From PVC group bacterium (GTDB taxonomy: Bacteria > Auribacterota > Erginobacteria > Erginobacterales > Erginobacteraceae): a stretch of DNA of 44,346 bases. Of this stretch, positions 1 through 8,621 are shown in pieces (the stretch's first letter is position 1; every line of letters begins with the position of its first letter). The notes beneath the pieces were generated by a model. The model saw only the letters and a program-made list of their open reading frames with translations, was not told where the DNA came from and did not search any database. The stretch is taken from contig JAZDIV010000122.1 in assembly GCA_043804695.1 (NCBI GenBank), positions 1 through 44,346 of the forward strand, in the 5' to 3' direction. The position numbers and the translations under genes are program-made.

Positions 1-732
1 AAACTGCTGGAGTTCTATGAATGGCTGAGGATGCTGGAGTTCGAGCTGGATTTCCTGCCCGCTTTTACCAAAGTCATCACCCTGAGCACGGATGATGAGA
101 GGCTTCTACAGTCATTTCTTCCCGATCTGGATATAACAACCGTTACCATGGGAACGGACCTGGATCATTTCCTCGAGCCGTATCGCCCGGTTGATAACCG
201 TCGGATTCTCTACGTCGGCTCGTTCAACCATTACCCCAACGTGGACGCCGTCCACTGGTTTGTCTCCGCCGTCCTTCAGGAAATCCGCAAGACGATCCCC
301 GAAGCGACGGTGACCATCGTGGGGAGCGGAGATCCCGCGCCGATCGCAGATATCCGAGACTGGCCCGGTGTTGAATACGTCGGCCCGGTCAAAGACGTGC
401 GGCCCTACTTACGGGAGGCCGCCGTTTTCGTCGCCCCGGTGCGCCTCGGCTCCGGGATGAAGGGGAAAGTCCTGGAAGCCCTGGCCATGGCAAAGCCAAT
501 GGTCGTCACTTCGGTCGCCGCCAGGGGCATCCCAGTCGTCTCCGGCGAGCACCTCATCATCGCCGACGACCCGGCGGCCTTCGCCGGAGGCGTGATCAGA
601 CTCTTCCGGGATCCGGTCTTGAGGGAAAAGACAGCCCGAAACGGCCAGCGGCTGGTCAGGGAGAGCTTCGGCTGGAAGACGAAAGCGGACGAGATGGATC
701 AAATCTACCGGGAGATCCTCGACACAAGTTAG
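1..732 (+). CDS. GT4-family glycosyltransferase, 5'-truncated by the window edge
   Basis: Frame is open from base 1 (KLLEFYEWLRMLEFELD...). It has the GT-B C-terminal motifs YVGSFNHYPNVDA and APVRLGSGMKGKVLEALAM, and is a close paralogue of 1243-2550. Confidence 0.9.
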   Translation, partial: KLLEFYEWLRMLEFELDFLPAFTKVITLSTDDERLLQSFLPDLDITTVTMGTDLDHFLEPYRPVDNRRILYVGSFNHYPNVDAVHWFVSAVLQEIRKTIPEATVTIVGSGDPAPIADIRDWPGVEYVGPVKDVRPYLREAAVFVAPVRLGSGMKGKVLEALAMAKPMVVTSVAARGIPVVSGEHLIIADDPAAFAGGVIRLFRDPVLREKTARNGQRLVRESFGWKTKADEMDQIYREILDTS

Positions 733-749
733 CGCTTTGCGCTAACTTC

Positions 750-973
750 GTAGCGGCGACCTTCAGGTCGCCACTATCTGGCAGCCTAAAGAGGCTGTCC
801 GGTAATTCGGATTTTAGGCATTTTAAAGGTCATTGCGAGGAGCGCAGCGACGAAGCAATCCCATTATTTTAGATAAGAGGCGGTTATGAATGAAAAAATA
901 GTTTGCTTCGCCCCTTCGGGGCTCGCAATGACATTTTAGGGTTTACCGGACAGCCTCTAAAGGCTGCCGCTAC
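750..973. repeat. GTAG-type REP doublet (REPIN-like), copy 1, interrupted by a MITE-like element
   Basis: GTAGCGGCGACC-TTCA-GGTCGCC is followed by an inverted partner GGCAGCC-TAAA-GGCTGCCGCTAC, whose TAAA loop is the insertion site. Confidence 0.7.
791..957. mobile_element. MITE-like element, copy 1 (167 bp)
   Basis: Perfect 15-bp terminal inverted repeats GAGGCTGTCCGGTAA (791-805, 943-957), TAAA on both sides (787-790, 958-961), internal GTCATTGCGAG...CTCGCAATGAC palindrome, no transposase. Confidence 0.8.
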
Positions 974-1009
974 GACATTTATTGATATTCCGAACACTAA
1001 GAAAAAACC

Positions 1010-1231
1010 ATGACCGACAAATTAGCCGGATTGATGAAAAGGAGTTCCGCCGGGCAGGAAGAGGGCGAGACGAACGTGAAGACCGTGCCTATTTCAAAAG
1101 TAATTCTATCATATGTTTTTCGACTCCTCCTGTTGGCCATACGAGCGCTTGCCTACAGTTTGGCCCTCGTTTATCTTACGTTAAAGATAAGCTGGAAGCT
1201 TGTTCAGCGGCGCCTGCGGAGACGACCTTAA
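1010..1231 (+). CDS. 73-aa membrane microprotein or internally deleted paralogue of the radical SAM protein at 2829-4112
   Basis: Start context is identical to that of 2829. N-terminus MTDKLAGLMKRSSA compares with MPDRLARLMKRSSA, and the hydrophobic segment plus Arg-rich tail resembles the rSAM C-terminus. Confidence 0.6.
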   Translation: MTDKLAGLMKRSSAGQEEGETNVKTVPISKVILSYVFRLLLLAIRALAYSLALVYLTLKISWKLVQRRLRRRP

Positions 1232-1242
1232 CCATCGGCACT

Positions 1243-2550
1243 ATGGTATCATCTCTCCGGGAACCGCCGGGAAAAGTGAAAAGATCCGAACAGATACAAC
1301 CTGAAGAACGGCCGGCCCGGTTGGAATTGCTCAAAAAGATGCATGCGTCATCGACAGGAAAGACAGGGAAAAATCAGATCCTGATGATCACCAGTGTCGT
1401 CCCCTACCCCCCCAACGACGGGGGGAAGATCCGCATCTATCAGATGCTCAAGAATCTGGCCGATCGTTATGATATTCACTTCCTCTCCTTTTACCGGGAT
1501 CCGGCGGAGCGGGAACGGCTGGAAGGGATCCGGCCCTTCTGCCGCTCCGCGGATGCCGTTCTTTACGGCCACCAGCCGATGGGGCTCTTCTCCCGGGCAC
1601 TCTTTCCGCAATACTGCCAGTACTGGATCAATCCGGCGATGGTGAAAAAGATAACTGGGATTCTGCAATCCCGTCCGATCGGTCTCGCCCAGATCGATTT
1701 CACGTTGATGGCGTACTACGGCCGGGTGATCGGGGATATACCCTCCATCTTCGTGGAGCACGATGCCGGTATTTTAGAGTTCGGCAAAAGCTATAACCCC
1801 GCCGGCCGGGGATGGAAGAAACTCTTGGAATTCTACGAATGGATGAGAATGCTCCATTTTGAACTCGATCTGCTGCCTGCTTTCACAAAAGTTATCGTCT
1901 TGAATCGGGAAGACGAGGATCTTCTAAAATCGTTTCTTCCTTTGCTGGATATTTCAACCGTGACTATGGGCACCGACCTGGAACAGTTCCTCGAACCATA
2001 CCGGAGGGTCGGAAATAAGAAGATGATCTATGTCGGCTCCATGGATCACTACCCGAACGTGGATGCCGTCAGCTGGTTTGTTTCCTCCATGCTGCCCCTG
2101 ATCCGAGAAACAGAACCGGAGGCGGCGCTGATGATCGTCGGCAGCGGCACATCGGACCGGATCGCCGATATCAGGGGGAGACCGGGGGTCGAGTACATCG
2201 GCCCGGTCGAGGACGTGCGGCCCTACCTCCGGGAGGTCGCCGTCTTCGTCGCTCCCGTGCGCCTCGGTTCGGGGATGAAGGGCAAGGTCCTGGAAGCTTT
2301 GGCCATGGCCAAACCGATGGTCGCCACCCCGGTCGCCGCCTCCGGCATCCCGGTCGTTTCCGGGGAACACCTCCTCATCGCCGACGATGCGCGGTCATTT
2401 TCCAAAGGCGTCATCAGGCTCTTCCGTGATCCTGCTTTGAGGGAAACAGTGGCCCGGAACGGCCAGCGGCTGGTCAGGGAGAACTTCGGCTGGAAGGCGA
2501 AAGCGGACGAGATGGATCTGATTTACCGGGAGATCCTCGACAGAAGTTAG
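1243..2550 (+). CDS. GT4-family glycosyltransferase
   Basis: ILMITSVVPYPPNDGGKIRIY N-terminal motif and GSGMKGKVLEALAM. Start moved from TTG 982 to ATG 1243 (1340 also possible) because the extension overlaps the repeat and the 73-aa ORF. Confidence 0.9.
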   Translation: MVSSLREPPGKVKRSEQIQPEERPARLELLKKMHASSTGKTGKNQILMITSVVPYPPNDGGKIRIYQMLKNLADRYDIHFLSFYRDPAERERLEGIRPFCRSADAVLYGHQPMGLFSRALFPQYCQYWINPAMVKKITGILQSRPIGLAQIDFTLMAYYGRVIGDIPSIFVEHDAGILEFGKSYNPAGRGWKKLLEFYEWMRMLHFELDLLPAFTKVIVLNREDEDLLKSFLPLLDISTVTMGTDLEQFLEPYRRVGNKKMIYVGSMDHYPNVDAVSWFVSSMLPLIRETEPEAALMIVGSGTSDRIADIRGRPGVEYIGPVEDVRPYLREVAVFVAPVRLGSGMKGKVLEALAMAKPMVATPVAASGIPVVSGEHLLIADDARSFSKGVIRLFRDPALRETVARNGQRLVRENFGWKAKADEMDLIYREILDRS

Positions 2551-2567
2551 CGCTTTGCGCTAACTTC

Positions 2568-2792
2568 GTAGCGGCGACCTTCAGGTCGCCACTATCTGGC
2601 AGCCTAAAGAGGCTGTCCGGTAAACCCTGAAATGTCATTGCGAGCCCCGAAGGGGCGAAGCAATCTATTTTTTCATTCATAACCGCCTCTTATCTAAAAT
2701 AATGGGATTGCTTCGTCGCTGCGCTCCTCGCAATGACCTTTAAAAATGCCTAAAATCCGAATTACCGGACAGCCTCTAAAGGCTGCCGCTAC
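2568..2792. repeat. GTAG-type REP doublet, copy 2, interrupted by the MITE-like element
   Basis: REP arms are identical to those at 750-973. Confidence 0.7.
2609..2776. mobile_element. MITE-like element, copy 2 (168 bp), inverted relative to copy 1
   Basis: TIRs at 2609-2623 and 2762-2776, TAAA at 2605-2608 and 2777-2780. The interior is the reverse complement of copy 1 with two substitutions and one 1-bp indel. Confidence 0.8.
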
Positions 2793-2828
2793 GACATTTA
2801 TTGATATTCCGAACACTAAGAAAAAACC

Positions 2829-4112
2829 ATGCCCGACAGATTAGCCAGATTGATGAAAAGGAGTTCCGCCTGGCTGGAAGCGGGCAAGGCAGGCACGGAG
2901 ACCATGCCGGATCCGGCATCCGGCCCCCGGGAACTCCATCTCGAGCTGACCTACAGCTGCAACCAGAAATGCCTGATGTGCGATATCTGGCCCCGCTACC
3001 GGAATGAGCCCGAGCTGAAACAGCGGGAACTGACCTTTGAGGAGATCAGATCGCTGGTCGAAAATTCAGAACTGCTTAAAGACCTGGAACTGATCCTCTT
3101 CTCGGGAGGGGAACCTTTTCTCCGACCAGACCTGGCCCGGCTCGTTTCATTTTTCGCCGAAAAATACCCGATGGCGCAACTGGTCATCCTGAGCAACTGC
3201 TTCAACCGGCGATTAATCATCGATGCCCTCACCGTCATTTTTAATACCGCGCCGGGCGCCCGAATCATGCTCGGCACCTCGCTGGACGGACTGGGCGACA
3301 AACATGACTCGGTGCGCGGAGTCACTGGAGCTTTCGACCGTCTCTGCGAAACACTGGGCGACATCAGAGAGCGGTTCCCCGGGGTCTCCGTTGAAACCAA
3401 TTTCACGATCACCCCGCAGAACGCCGATCAGCTCTTTGGCGCCTTTTCGTTCACCCGTAAAATGGGGATCGGTTTCACTTCACAGTTTCCCATTCCCTGG
3501 GAGGGGACCGCCGATTTTTCCTGGGAACCTGATAAACTGGAGGAAGTCGATCGGGACATCCACAGAATCATGCAGGAGATTCATCGCACGGAAGCAGGCC
3601 GGACCGGGCCGGTACCGCCCCACCTGCTGGTCAGGCTTCACTATTTAAAAGGGATGCTTGATTATGAGAAAATCCCGCGAAGAATCTTCCCCCACTGCCC
3701 CGCACCCTACCGCTACGCCATGATCAGTCCCCAGGGCGATCTATATTTCTGCCCCAAGCTGAAGGAAATGATCGTCGGGAACGTCCGGGAAATCCCTTTC
3801 GACCGGCTCTGGCTGAGCGAAAAGGCGCGGAAAATCAGAAAACACATAGATTCCGGGGCCTGCCATTGCTGGCTCAACTGCACCGCCTACATCAATATTG
3901 AAGAAGCCCTGGAAAAAGGGCAGCCCCCCGCCAGAAGAATATTCGCCTTAAGTATCCAGAGAATATACAGATTCTATCGGCTCGGTCTCGCCAGAATAAG
4001 TTATCTGATCCGGGCGGTCCTCCAGATTCTGGTCTGCGGACTGATCTTTCTGTACCTGTGCTCGAAAATCGGGGCGGCTTATCTTGCCCGCCGGAGAAGA
4101 TCCACCCGCTGA
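2829..4112 (+). CDS. Radical SAM protein with SPASM/twitch domain and C-terminal membrane anchor
   Basis: CNQKCLMC (CxxxCxxC), SGGEPFL, C-x-ISPQGDLYFC...CHCWLNC, then a hydrophobic C-terminal helix followed by RRRR. Confidence 0.9.
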   Translation: MPDRLARLMKRSSAWLEAGKAGTETMPDPASGPRELHLELTYSCNQKCLMCDIWPRYRNEPELKQRELTFEEIRSLVENSELLKDLELILFSGGEPFLRPDLARLVSFFAEKYPMAQLVILSNCFNRRLIIDALTVIFNTAPGARIMLGTSLDGLGDKHDSVRGVTGAFDRLCETLGDIRERFPGVSVETNFTITPQNADQLFGAFSFTRKMGIGFTSQFPIPWEGTADFSWEPDKLEEVDRDIHRIMQEIHRTEAGRTGPVPPHLLVRLHYLKGMLDYEKIPRRIFPHCPAPYRYAMISPQGDLYFCPKLKEMIVGNVREIPFDRLWLSEKARKIRKHIDSGACHCWLNCTAYINIEEALEKGQPPARRIFALSIQRIYRFYRLGLARISYLIRAVLQILVCGLIFLYLCSKIGAAYLARRRRSTR

Positions 4113-4180
4113 AGCCGATTACCGGTCCTCTCCAATTGCGAGTGGATGTACCGGGACAACGACAGGGCCATTAAAAGATA

Positions 4181-5860
4181 TCACTTCCCGGCTCTGACCA
4201 GGAACGGGTGCCCGGGGGACACCGGGCGGTAGTTGGCCCCGATGTAATCCCGGACAGCGGGCGAAAGCCGATCGAGATAGGGGCCGGCGATGACCAGGGC
4301 GGGAGGATTCTCCCGCAGTGCCGCCAGCAGATCCTCCCCCTTTTCTTCCTCCCCCAGCCAACTCAGGACTCCCTCATGCAGGTAGTAATAGTAGTAAGCG
4401 TGGGGGCGGAAGACCCCCAGGCCGGTCCAGCCGTCCATTACTTTTTCCTCCGAACCGGTAAGTCCCATCAAATAGCGGAGAGCGTCCAGGTACTGGCGGT
4501 TGTCGGAGCGGTGATAAAGCCCCAGGGCCAGAGCGGGGCGGGCGAGGATGGCAAAGGCGAGAAAGAAGGGAGCCCATCGTCTCCATGCCTTCCTCTTCTT
4601 CAGCAGCAGTCCGAATCCCACCGCCCCCAGGCACGCCGTCAGCGCGAGGCCGGAGTAAAAACCGCCGATCGGTAATTCGAACCGGTATCCGAGGTGGTGT
4701 AAAAGCGCGGGGATGAGGAAGCCGGGAAGGAGGATCAGGATCCCTCCCGCCGCCCGCCGGAGAAGGGGAGCGATGAAGAGATATTTCATGAAACGGACCA
4801 AGGCGGACGATCCGAAGACGGCGAGAAGGGGGATAAAGAAGAGGTAATACTGGGGCAGGGAGACAGGGATCAGCCAGGAGCCGAGGAGGGCGGTTAGGGC
4901 GGAGAAGGCCGCCACGGCCTCTTGGTGGGAATCTTTCCGAAATGAACGGCTCAGGGATTCGATCAGACCGACCGCCCCCCAGAAGGAGAAATAAGGATTG
5001 TAGAAAACCAGAGTTTTGAGGTGGAAAGGAGGATCCTTTCTCTTCCAATCAAGCGGAGAGAACAAAGAGCAGCGGATCAGATCGGGGAGCGCTCCCCGGG
5101 CGAGGAAATAAAGGGCGCAAAGAAGCGGCGGGAGGAGAAGCCCTCCCAGAAAGGACAAAACAAGGGGCGCGTGCGCCGGCCGGGAAGAAGGGGTGTTTCC
5201 GGTCTCCGCTGTCAAAAAGAAGAGCAAACCCGCCATCATCCCCAGGAGAGGGAAGAGGATCTTCTGGGTACAAAGGGCAGCGAGTCCCAGGGCCGCGCCG
5301 GCCCAGAAGGCGCGGTTTTTTCCCGCCCGCGCCATCCCGTCCAAAAGCAGGTTAAGTCCAATCAGGTAGAAGAAGAGGGCCGGCAGATCGGGGCGGATCT
5401 CCACTGTCCGCCAGAGGAAGACGAAGTTGAAGCTCAGCCAAACGGTCGCCACCCAGGCCGCGGTCCGGTCGCCCAGGCGCTCGGCGAGACGGTAGGTGAG
5501 GGCGAGGATGAGGAGGGTGAAGAGAAGGGAAGTGGTCCGGCCGAGGAAAATCGCCGCCGGGGAAATCCCCCCCGCGTAAACCGCCCCCAGAAGATAATAA
5601 TAAAGGGGAGCATGGTGCTGGAAGAAGTCGCGGTAGGGGACCATCCCCGAGCGGACGCAGTAGGCGGCGTGGAGATACTCCATTTCGTCCGGATCAATGT
5701 AGCGGACAAAGAGAAGGTGGAGGCGGAAGCAGAAGGAGACAATAATCAACCCAAGGGCGATCCGGGCAATGATCTTGGGGGTTATCGGGGTCTGCATGCG
5801 CGTGGCCGTTTGATTAGGGCATTTTGGCCGAGAAAAGTACAGGAGTTGGGCGGTTACCAT
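4181..5860 (-). CDS. ArnT/GT39-like (GT-C) integral membrane glycosyltransferase
   Basis: First loop DPDEMEYLH...G.VPYRDFFQHH.PL, EIRPD motif, many TM segments. Confidence 0.8.
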   Translation of the reverse strand: MVTAQLLYFSRPKCPNQTATRMQTPITPKIIARIALGLIIVSFCFRLHLLFVRYIDPDEMEYLHAAYCVRSGMVPYRDFFQHHAPLYYYLLGAVYAGGISPAAIFLGRTTSLLFTLLILALTYRLAERLGDRTAAWVATVWLSFNFVFLWRTVEIRPDLPALFFYLIGLNLLLDGMARAGKNRAFWAGAALGLAALCTQKILFPLLGMMAGLLFFLTAETGNTPSSRPAHAPLVLSFLGGLLLPPLLCALYFLARGALPDLIRCSLFSPLDWKRKDPPFHLKTLVFYNPYFSFWGAVGLIESLSRSFRKDSHQEAVAAFSALTALLGSWLIPVSLPQYYLFFIPLLAVFGSSALVRFMKYLFIAPLLRRAAGGILILLPGFLIPALLHHLGYRFELPIGGFYSGLALTACLGAVGFGLLLKKRKAWRRWAPFFLAFAILARPALALGLYHRSDNRQYLDALRYLMGLTGSEEKVMDGWTGLGVFRPHAYYYYYLHEGVLSWLGEEEKGEDLLAALRENPPALVIAGPYLDRLSPAVRDYIGANYRPVSPGHPFLVRAGK

Positions 5861-5870
5861 TGGCCCCGTT

Positions 5871-7001
5871 TTACGTGAGCATTTTTATCTCCGGCGGGTC
5901 TGTTGTGGATGAGCATTGTTTATCCGCTATCCATCCGATGAAGTTACTTACGAATACGGAAGAAAGAGCCACGGTGGTCATCAAGTATCTATTGCTGAAG
6001 TGGCTCCAATTCCAGTGCGTGTCTTTGGAAAAGAGAAGGAACTGAGCGGCAGCTAGAAGAAAGATGAGGATAAATTCTTTTTTCTTGTTAATTCGTTTAA
6101 AATATAAAAAGCCCGGGAGCGCGAATAACATAATGGGGCAAGTCGGTATTAAACCGTTTTTTAAATTAAATAGCTGGGAAAAAATACCTTTAATTAAAGG
6201 TTGTGAAAAACGACCGTGATAGTTAACCATTTTATAATCTTGGATGATCATCCTGTCGTATCCGGTAGTGAATGGGGAACCGAACATTATTATGTTCATC
6301 CAGCTATAACACAAAATCGGCAGGAAAAAACAGATTGCAAAAATGAGAATACTTTTTTTCCTTTCCTTCCAACAGGTGAAGATCAAATAGCCCAGGAAGA
6401 AGGGTACAAATATTAGATTAGATAATTTTGACCAGATAGAGAAGCCGAGCAAAAATGAACTGGCAACCTCTCTTTTTTTAAAAAGGGTTATCAAAGAACC
6501 AAGCACTAAAAGGGTTGAGAAGACGTCGGGTGAATAATTGTAGGTGTAATCATAAAATAGAGTAGAGGTAGCAAAAAGCAATGTGGTTATGAAAGAAAGT
6601 GGCCTGCTGTAAAATAGGCGATTGAGGTTATAAAGCGCCAACATCAACCCTATCACACAGGTCACATTGAAAATAAGCAATCCGGGAGATTGGAAAAGTA
6701 GATAAAAAGGTATCGATAATAGAGGGAAGAGAAAAGAATGAATAGGTACCAATCGGTTGTTTCTGTCCAGAGCCGCCAAAGGCCAATTTCCGCCGAGTGG
6801 GTCATGCCCCCGAGTGTTGTTGGCAATATACCAATCATGGTCTTGTAAAATAGATTCGATGAAATATTCATGGCAGACCATATCGCCCTTTAAAAAAGAA
6901 CATCCTTGAAAATGGTTGGAAAGGATAAATGGAACATAGATCAGGATAAGGACCGTTACTAATATAATCATCACCTGTTTATCGGAGAGTTCCATTTTCA
7001 C
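5871..7001 (-). CDS. GT-C-like polytopic membrane protein (putative lipid-carrier-dependent glycosyltransferase)
   Basis: GD motif after the first TM helix, FGSPFTTGY, late RYL motif, many TM segments; visibly AT-rich. Confidence 0.65.
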   Translation of the reverse strand: MKMELSDKQVMIILVTVLILIYVPFILSNHFQGCSFLKGDMVCHEYFIESILQDHDWYIANNTRGHDPLGGNWPLAALDRNNRLVPIHSFLFPLLSIPFYLLFQSPGLLIFNVTCVIGLMLALYNLNRLFYSRPLSFITTLLFATSTLFYDYTYNYSPDVFSTLLVLGSLITLFKKREVASSFLLGFSIWSKLSNLIFVPFFLGYLIFTCWKERKKSILIFAICFFLPILCYSWMNIIMFGSPFTTGYDRMIIQDYKMVNYHGRFSQPLIKGIFSQLFNLKNGLIPTCPIMLFALPGFLYFKRINKKKEFILIFLLAAAQFLLFSKDTHWNWSHFSNRYLMTTVALSSVFVSNFIGWIADKQCSSTTDPPEIKMLT

Positions 7002-7016
7002 GTTAGCTCGGCAGGT

Positions 7017-8591
7017 TCATGACTGATCCGGGATAAATACAGTATATCTGCCTATCTTTTCCTGCCGGCGGCAGAGCTTCGACATCTTGCGGGTGCCGGC
7101 CTCCGAGGTGGTAACCACGAAGGATACTCTGCCGTTTCGCAGCACTTGTTCCAGTTCCGCTTCCGGTTTGTCGAAAAGCGAGTCGGTATCCCCTTCCCGC
7201 ATTTTCTCCGGGAAACCGAGGTAGGTCTCCCGGAAATTTCTGGTGAATAAAACTTTTTTCCAAGCCGGACACCAGGCTCCTCCTTTATCAAATGTCAGCC
7301 GTTCGGGGACGTAATAGAAAAGATAATATTCAGATGGCACCGCCCACCGATCACCTAATTCCACCAGGATATTTTCTCCCGGGGAGAGGGAAGAGTCCAT
7401 TCTTTTCAGGTATTTACCTAAAATATCAATGTCTCCTTCCCAGTGAGTGTAGTCCCGAACCGGTGGGATGGCTTTGGAAATGTTGAATCCGGTATTGATC
7501 AGGATGATAACCAGCAGAAGATACCCGAGCGGTTTCTGTTTGGACCAGAGCCGGTGCCAGCTCAATCCGGTAAGCGGGCAGAGAAGAAAAGCGACGATGA
7601 ACATCGCCCGGGTCGGGGCAACGTCCGCGCCGACGATCAAGTCGCTTAATTCATAACCCGTAAAAGCGAGCCCCAAGAAAAGAAGGTATTTAATCAAAAG
7701 CGTTTTTTTAACTTTAAATATACATAGAATTCCCAGGATTCCCAGCAACACCAGCAATGGCTCCAGGCGGAAGAGGTGTAACGGATAAACCAGAAGACGG
7801 GGAGCCACTTCGCCCTGCCGGGCGAAATCGGAAAGATAATGATCGACGAATCGCAACGCCTGACCTGCTCTCTGGTGAGCGTAAATCATGTAAAAGGGAA
7901 TGAAAATGACGGATATTACCGCGCAGATGAGGAGGTGGAATGTAAGGGGACTAAGCGGAATCCCGGTCTGTTTCCTCATTTTCCAGTAAAGAATGATCAG
8001 AAGTGCCAGATAACAGATGACAAATCCCCATCCTTCCGCACGCTGGGCGGAGGCGAGGAGAAAAAATATAGAGCTGGCGTATAGTCTTCCCCAGGACGGT
8101 TTAGACTCCGGAGAGAAGAGTGCGCCTTCAAAGCGCAGGTAGAAATATATCCCCCCCAGGATCCAGAAGCACATGATTATTTCCGACATGCATCCGATAC
8201 TGCCCAAGAGCGCGGAGGGGATGAAAGCAGCAAATAATGAAGCCACGATCGCTCCCCGATCATCCTTGAATAAGAAGCGGGTTAGTAAAAAAATTAAAAA
8301 AACGATGCCGGTTGAAAAGGCGATGGTTACCGTGGCAAGGGCGAGAGGAATGTCATGCCAGAACTTGAGCACGGTGCCGTAGAGAGCGAATTCCAGGGGG
8401 AAGCGGACGGGGTTATAGGTAATGAAAGGGGATTTAGACCATTTATAGGCAGACAGTGCCCGCCAGGCGTTATCTACATGGTAGGTATATCGGCCGTTGG
8501 CTACATCCAGGAGCAGGTAATATTGAAAGCACACGTGGGCAAAAAGGATAATCAGTACAATGCTCCAGGCGATCTTAGGAGAGGAATTCAT
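7017..8591 (-). CDS. ArnT/GT39-like (GT-C) membrane glycosyltransferase
   Basis: Acidic first loop (HVDNAWR), MSE and RAEG motifs, polytopic hydrophobic pattern with soluble C-terminal domain. Confidence 0.65.
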   Translation of the reverse strand: MNSSPKIAWSIVLIILFAHVCFQYYLLLDVANGRYTYHVDNAWRALSAYKWSKSPFITYNPVRFPLEFALYGTVLKFWHDIPLALATVTIAFSTGIVFLIFLLTRFLFKDDRGAIVASLFAAFIPSALLGSIGCMSEIIMCFWILGGIYFYLRFEGALFSPESKPSWGRLYASSIFFLLASAQRAEGWGFVICYLALLIILYWKMRKQTGIPLSPLTFHLLICAVISVIFIPFYMIYAHQRAGQALRFVDHYLSDFARQGEVAPRLLVYPLHLFRLEPLLVLLGILGILCIFKVKKTLLIKYLLFLGLAFTGYELSDLIVGADVAPTRAMFIVAFLLCPLTGLSWHRLWSKQKPLGYLLLVIILINTGFNISKAIPPVRDYTHWEGDIDILGKYLKRMDSSLSPGENILVELGDRWAVPSEYYLFYYVPERLTFDKGGAWCPAWKKVLFTRNFRETYLGFPEKMREGDTDSLFDKPEAELEQVLRNGRVSFVVTTSEAGTRKMSKLCRRQEKIGRYTVFIPDQS

Positions 8592-8621
8592 AACACTTTG
8601 CCTTTGGAGACAAAGTAAAAA

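Noticed and set aside
982..1242. 87-aa N-terminal extension of the second GT4 given by the ORF track (and ORF 2801-3007)
   Set aside because: It starts at a TTG within the duplicated intergenic unit. The same MIFRTLRKNH start recurs at 2801 in a dead-end frame, and it overlaps the better-supported 73-aa ORF.
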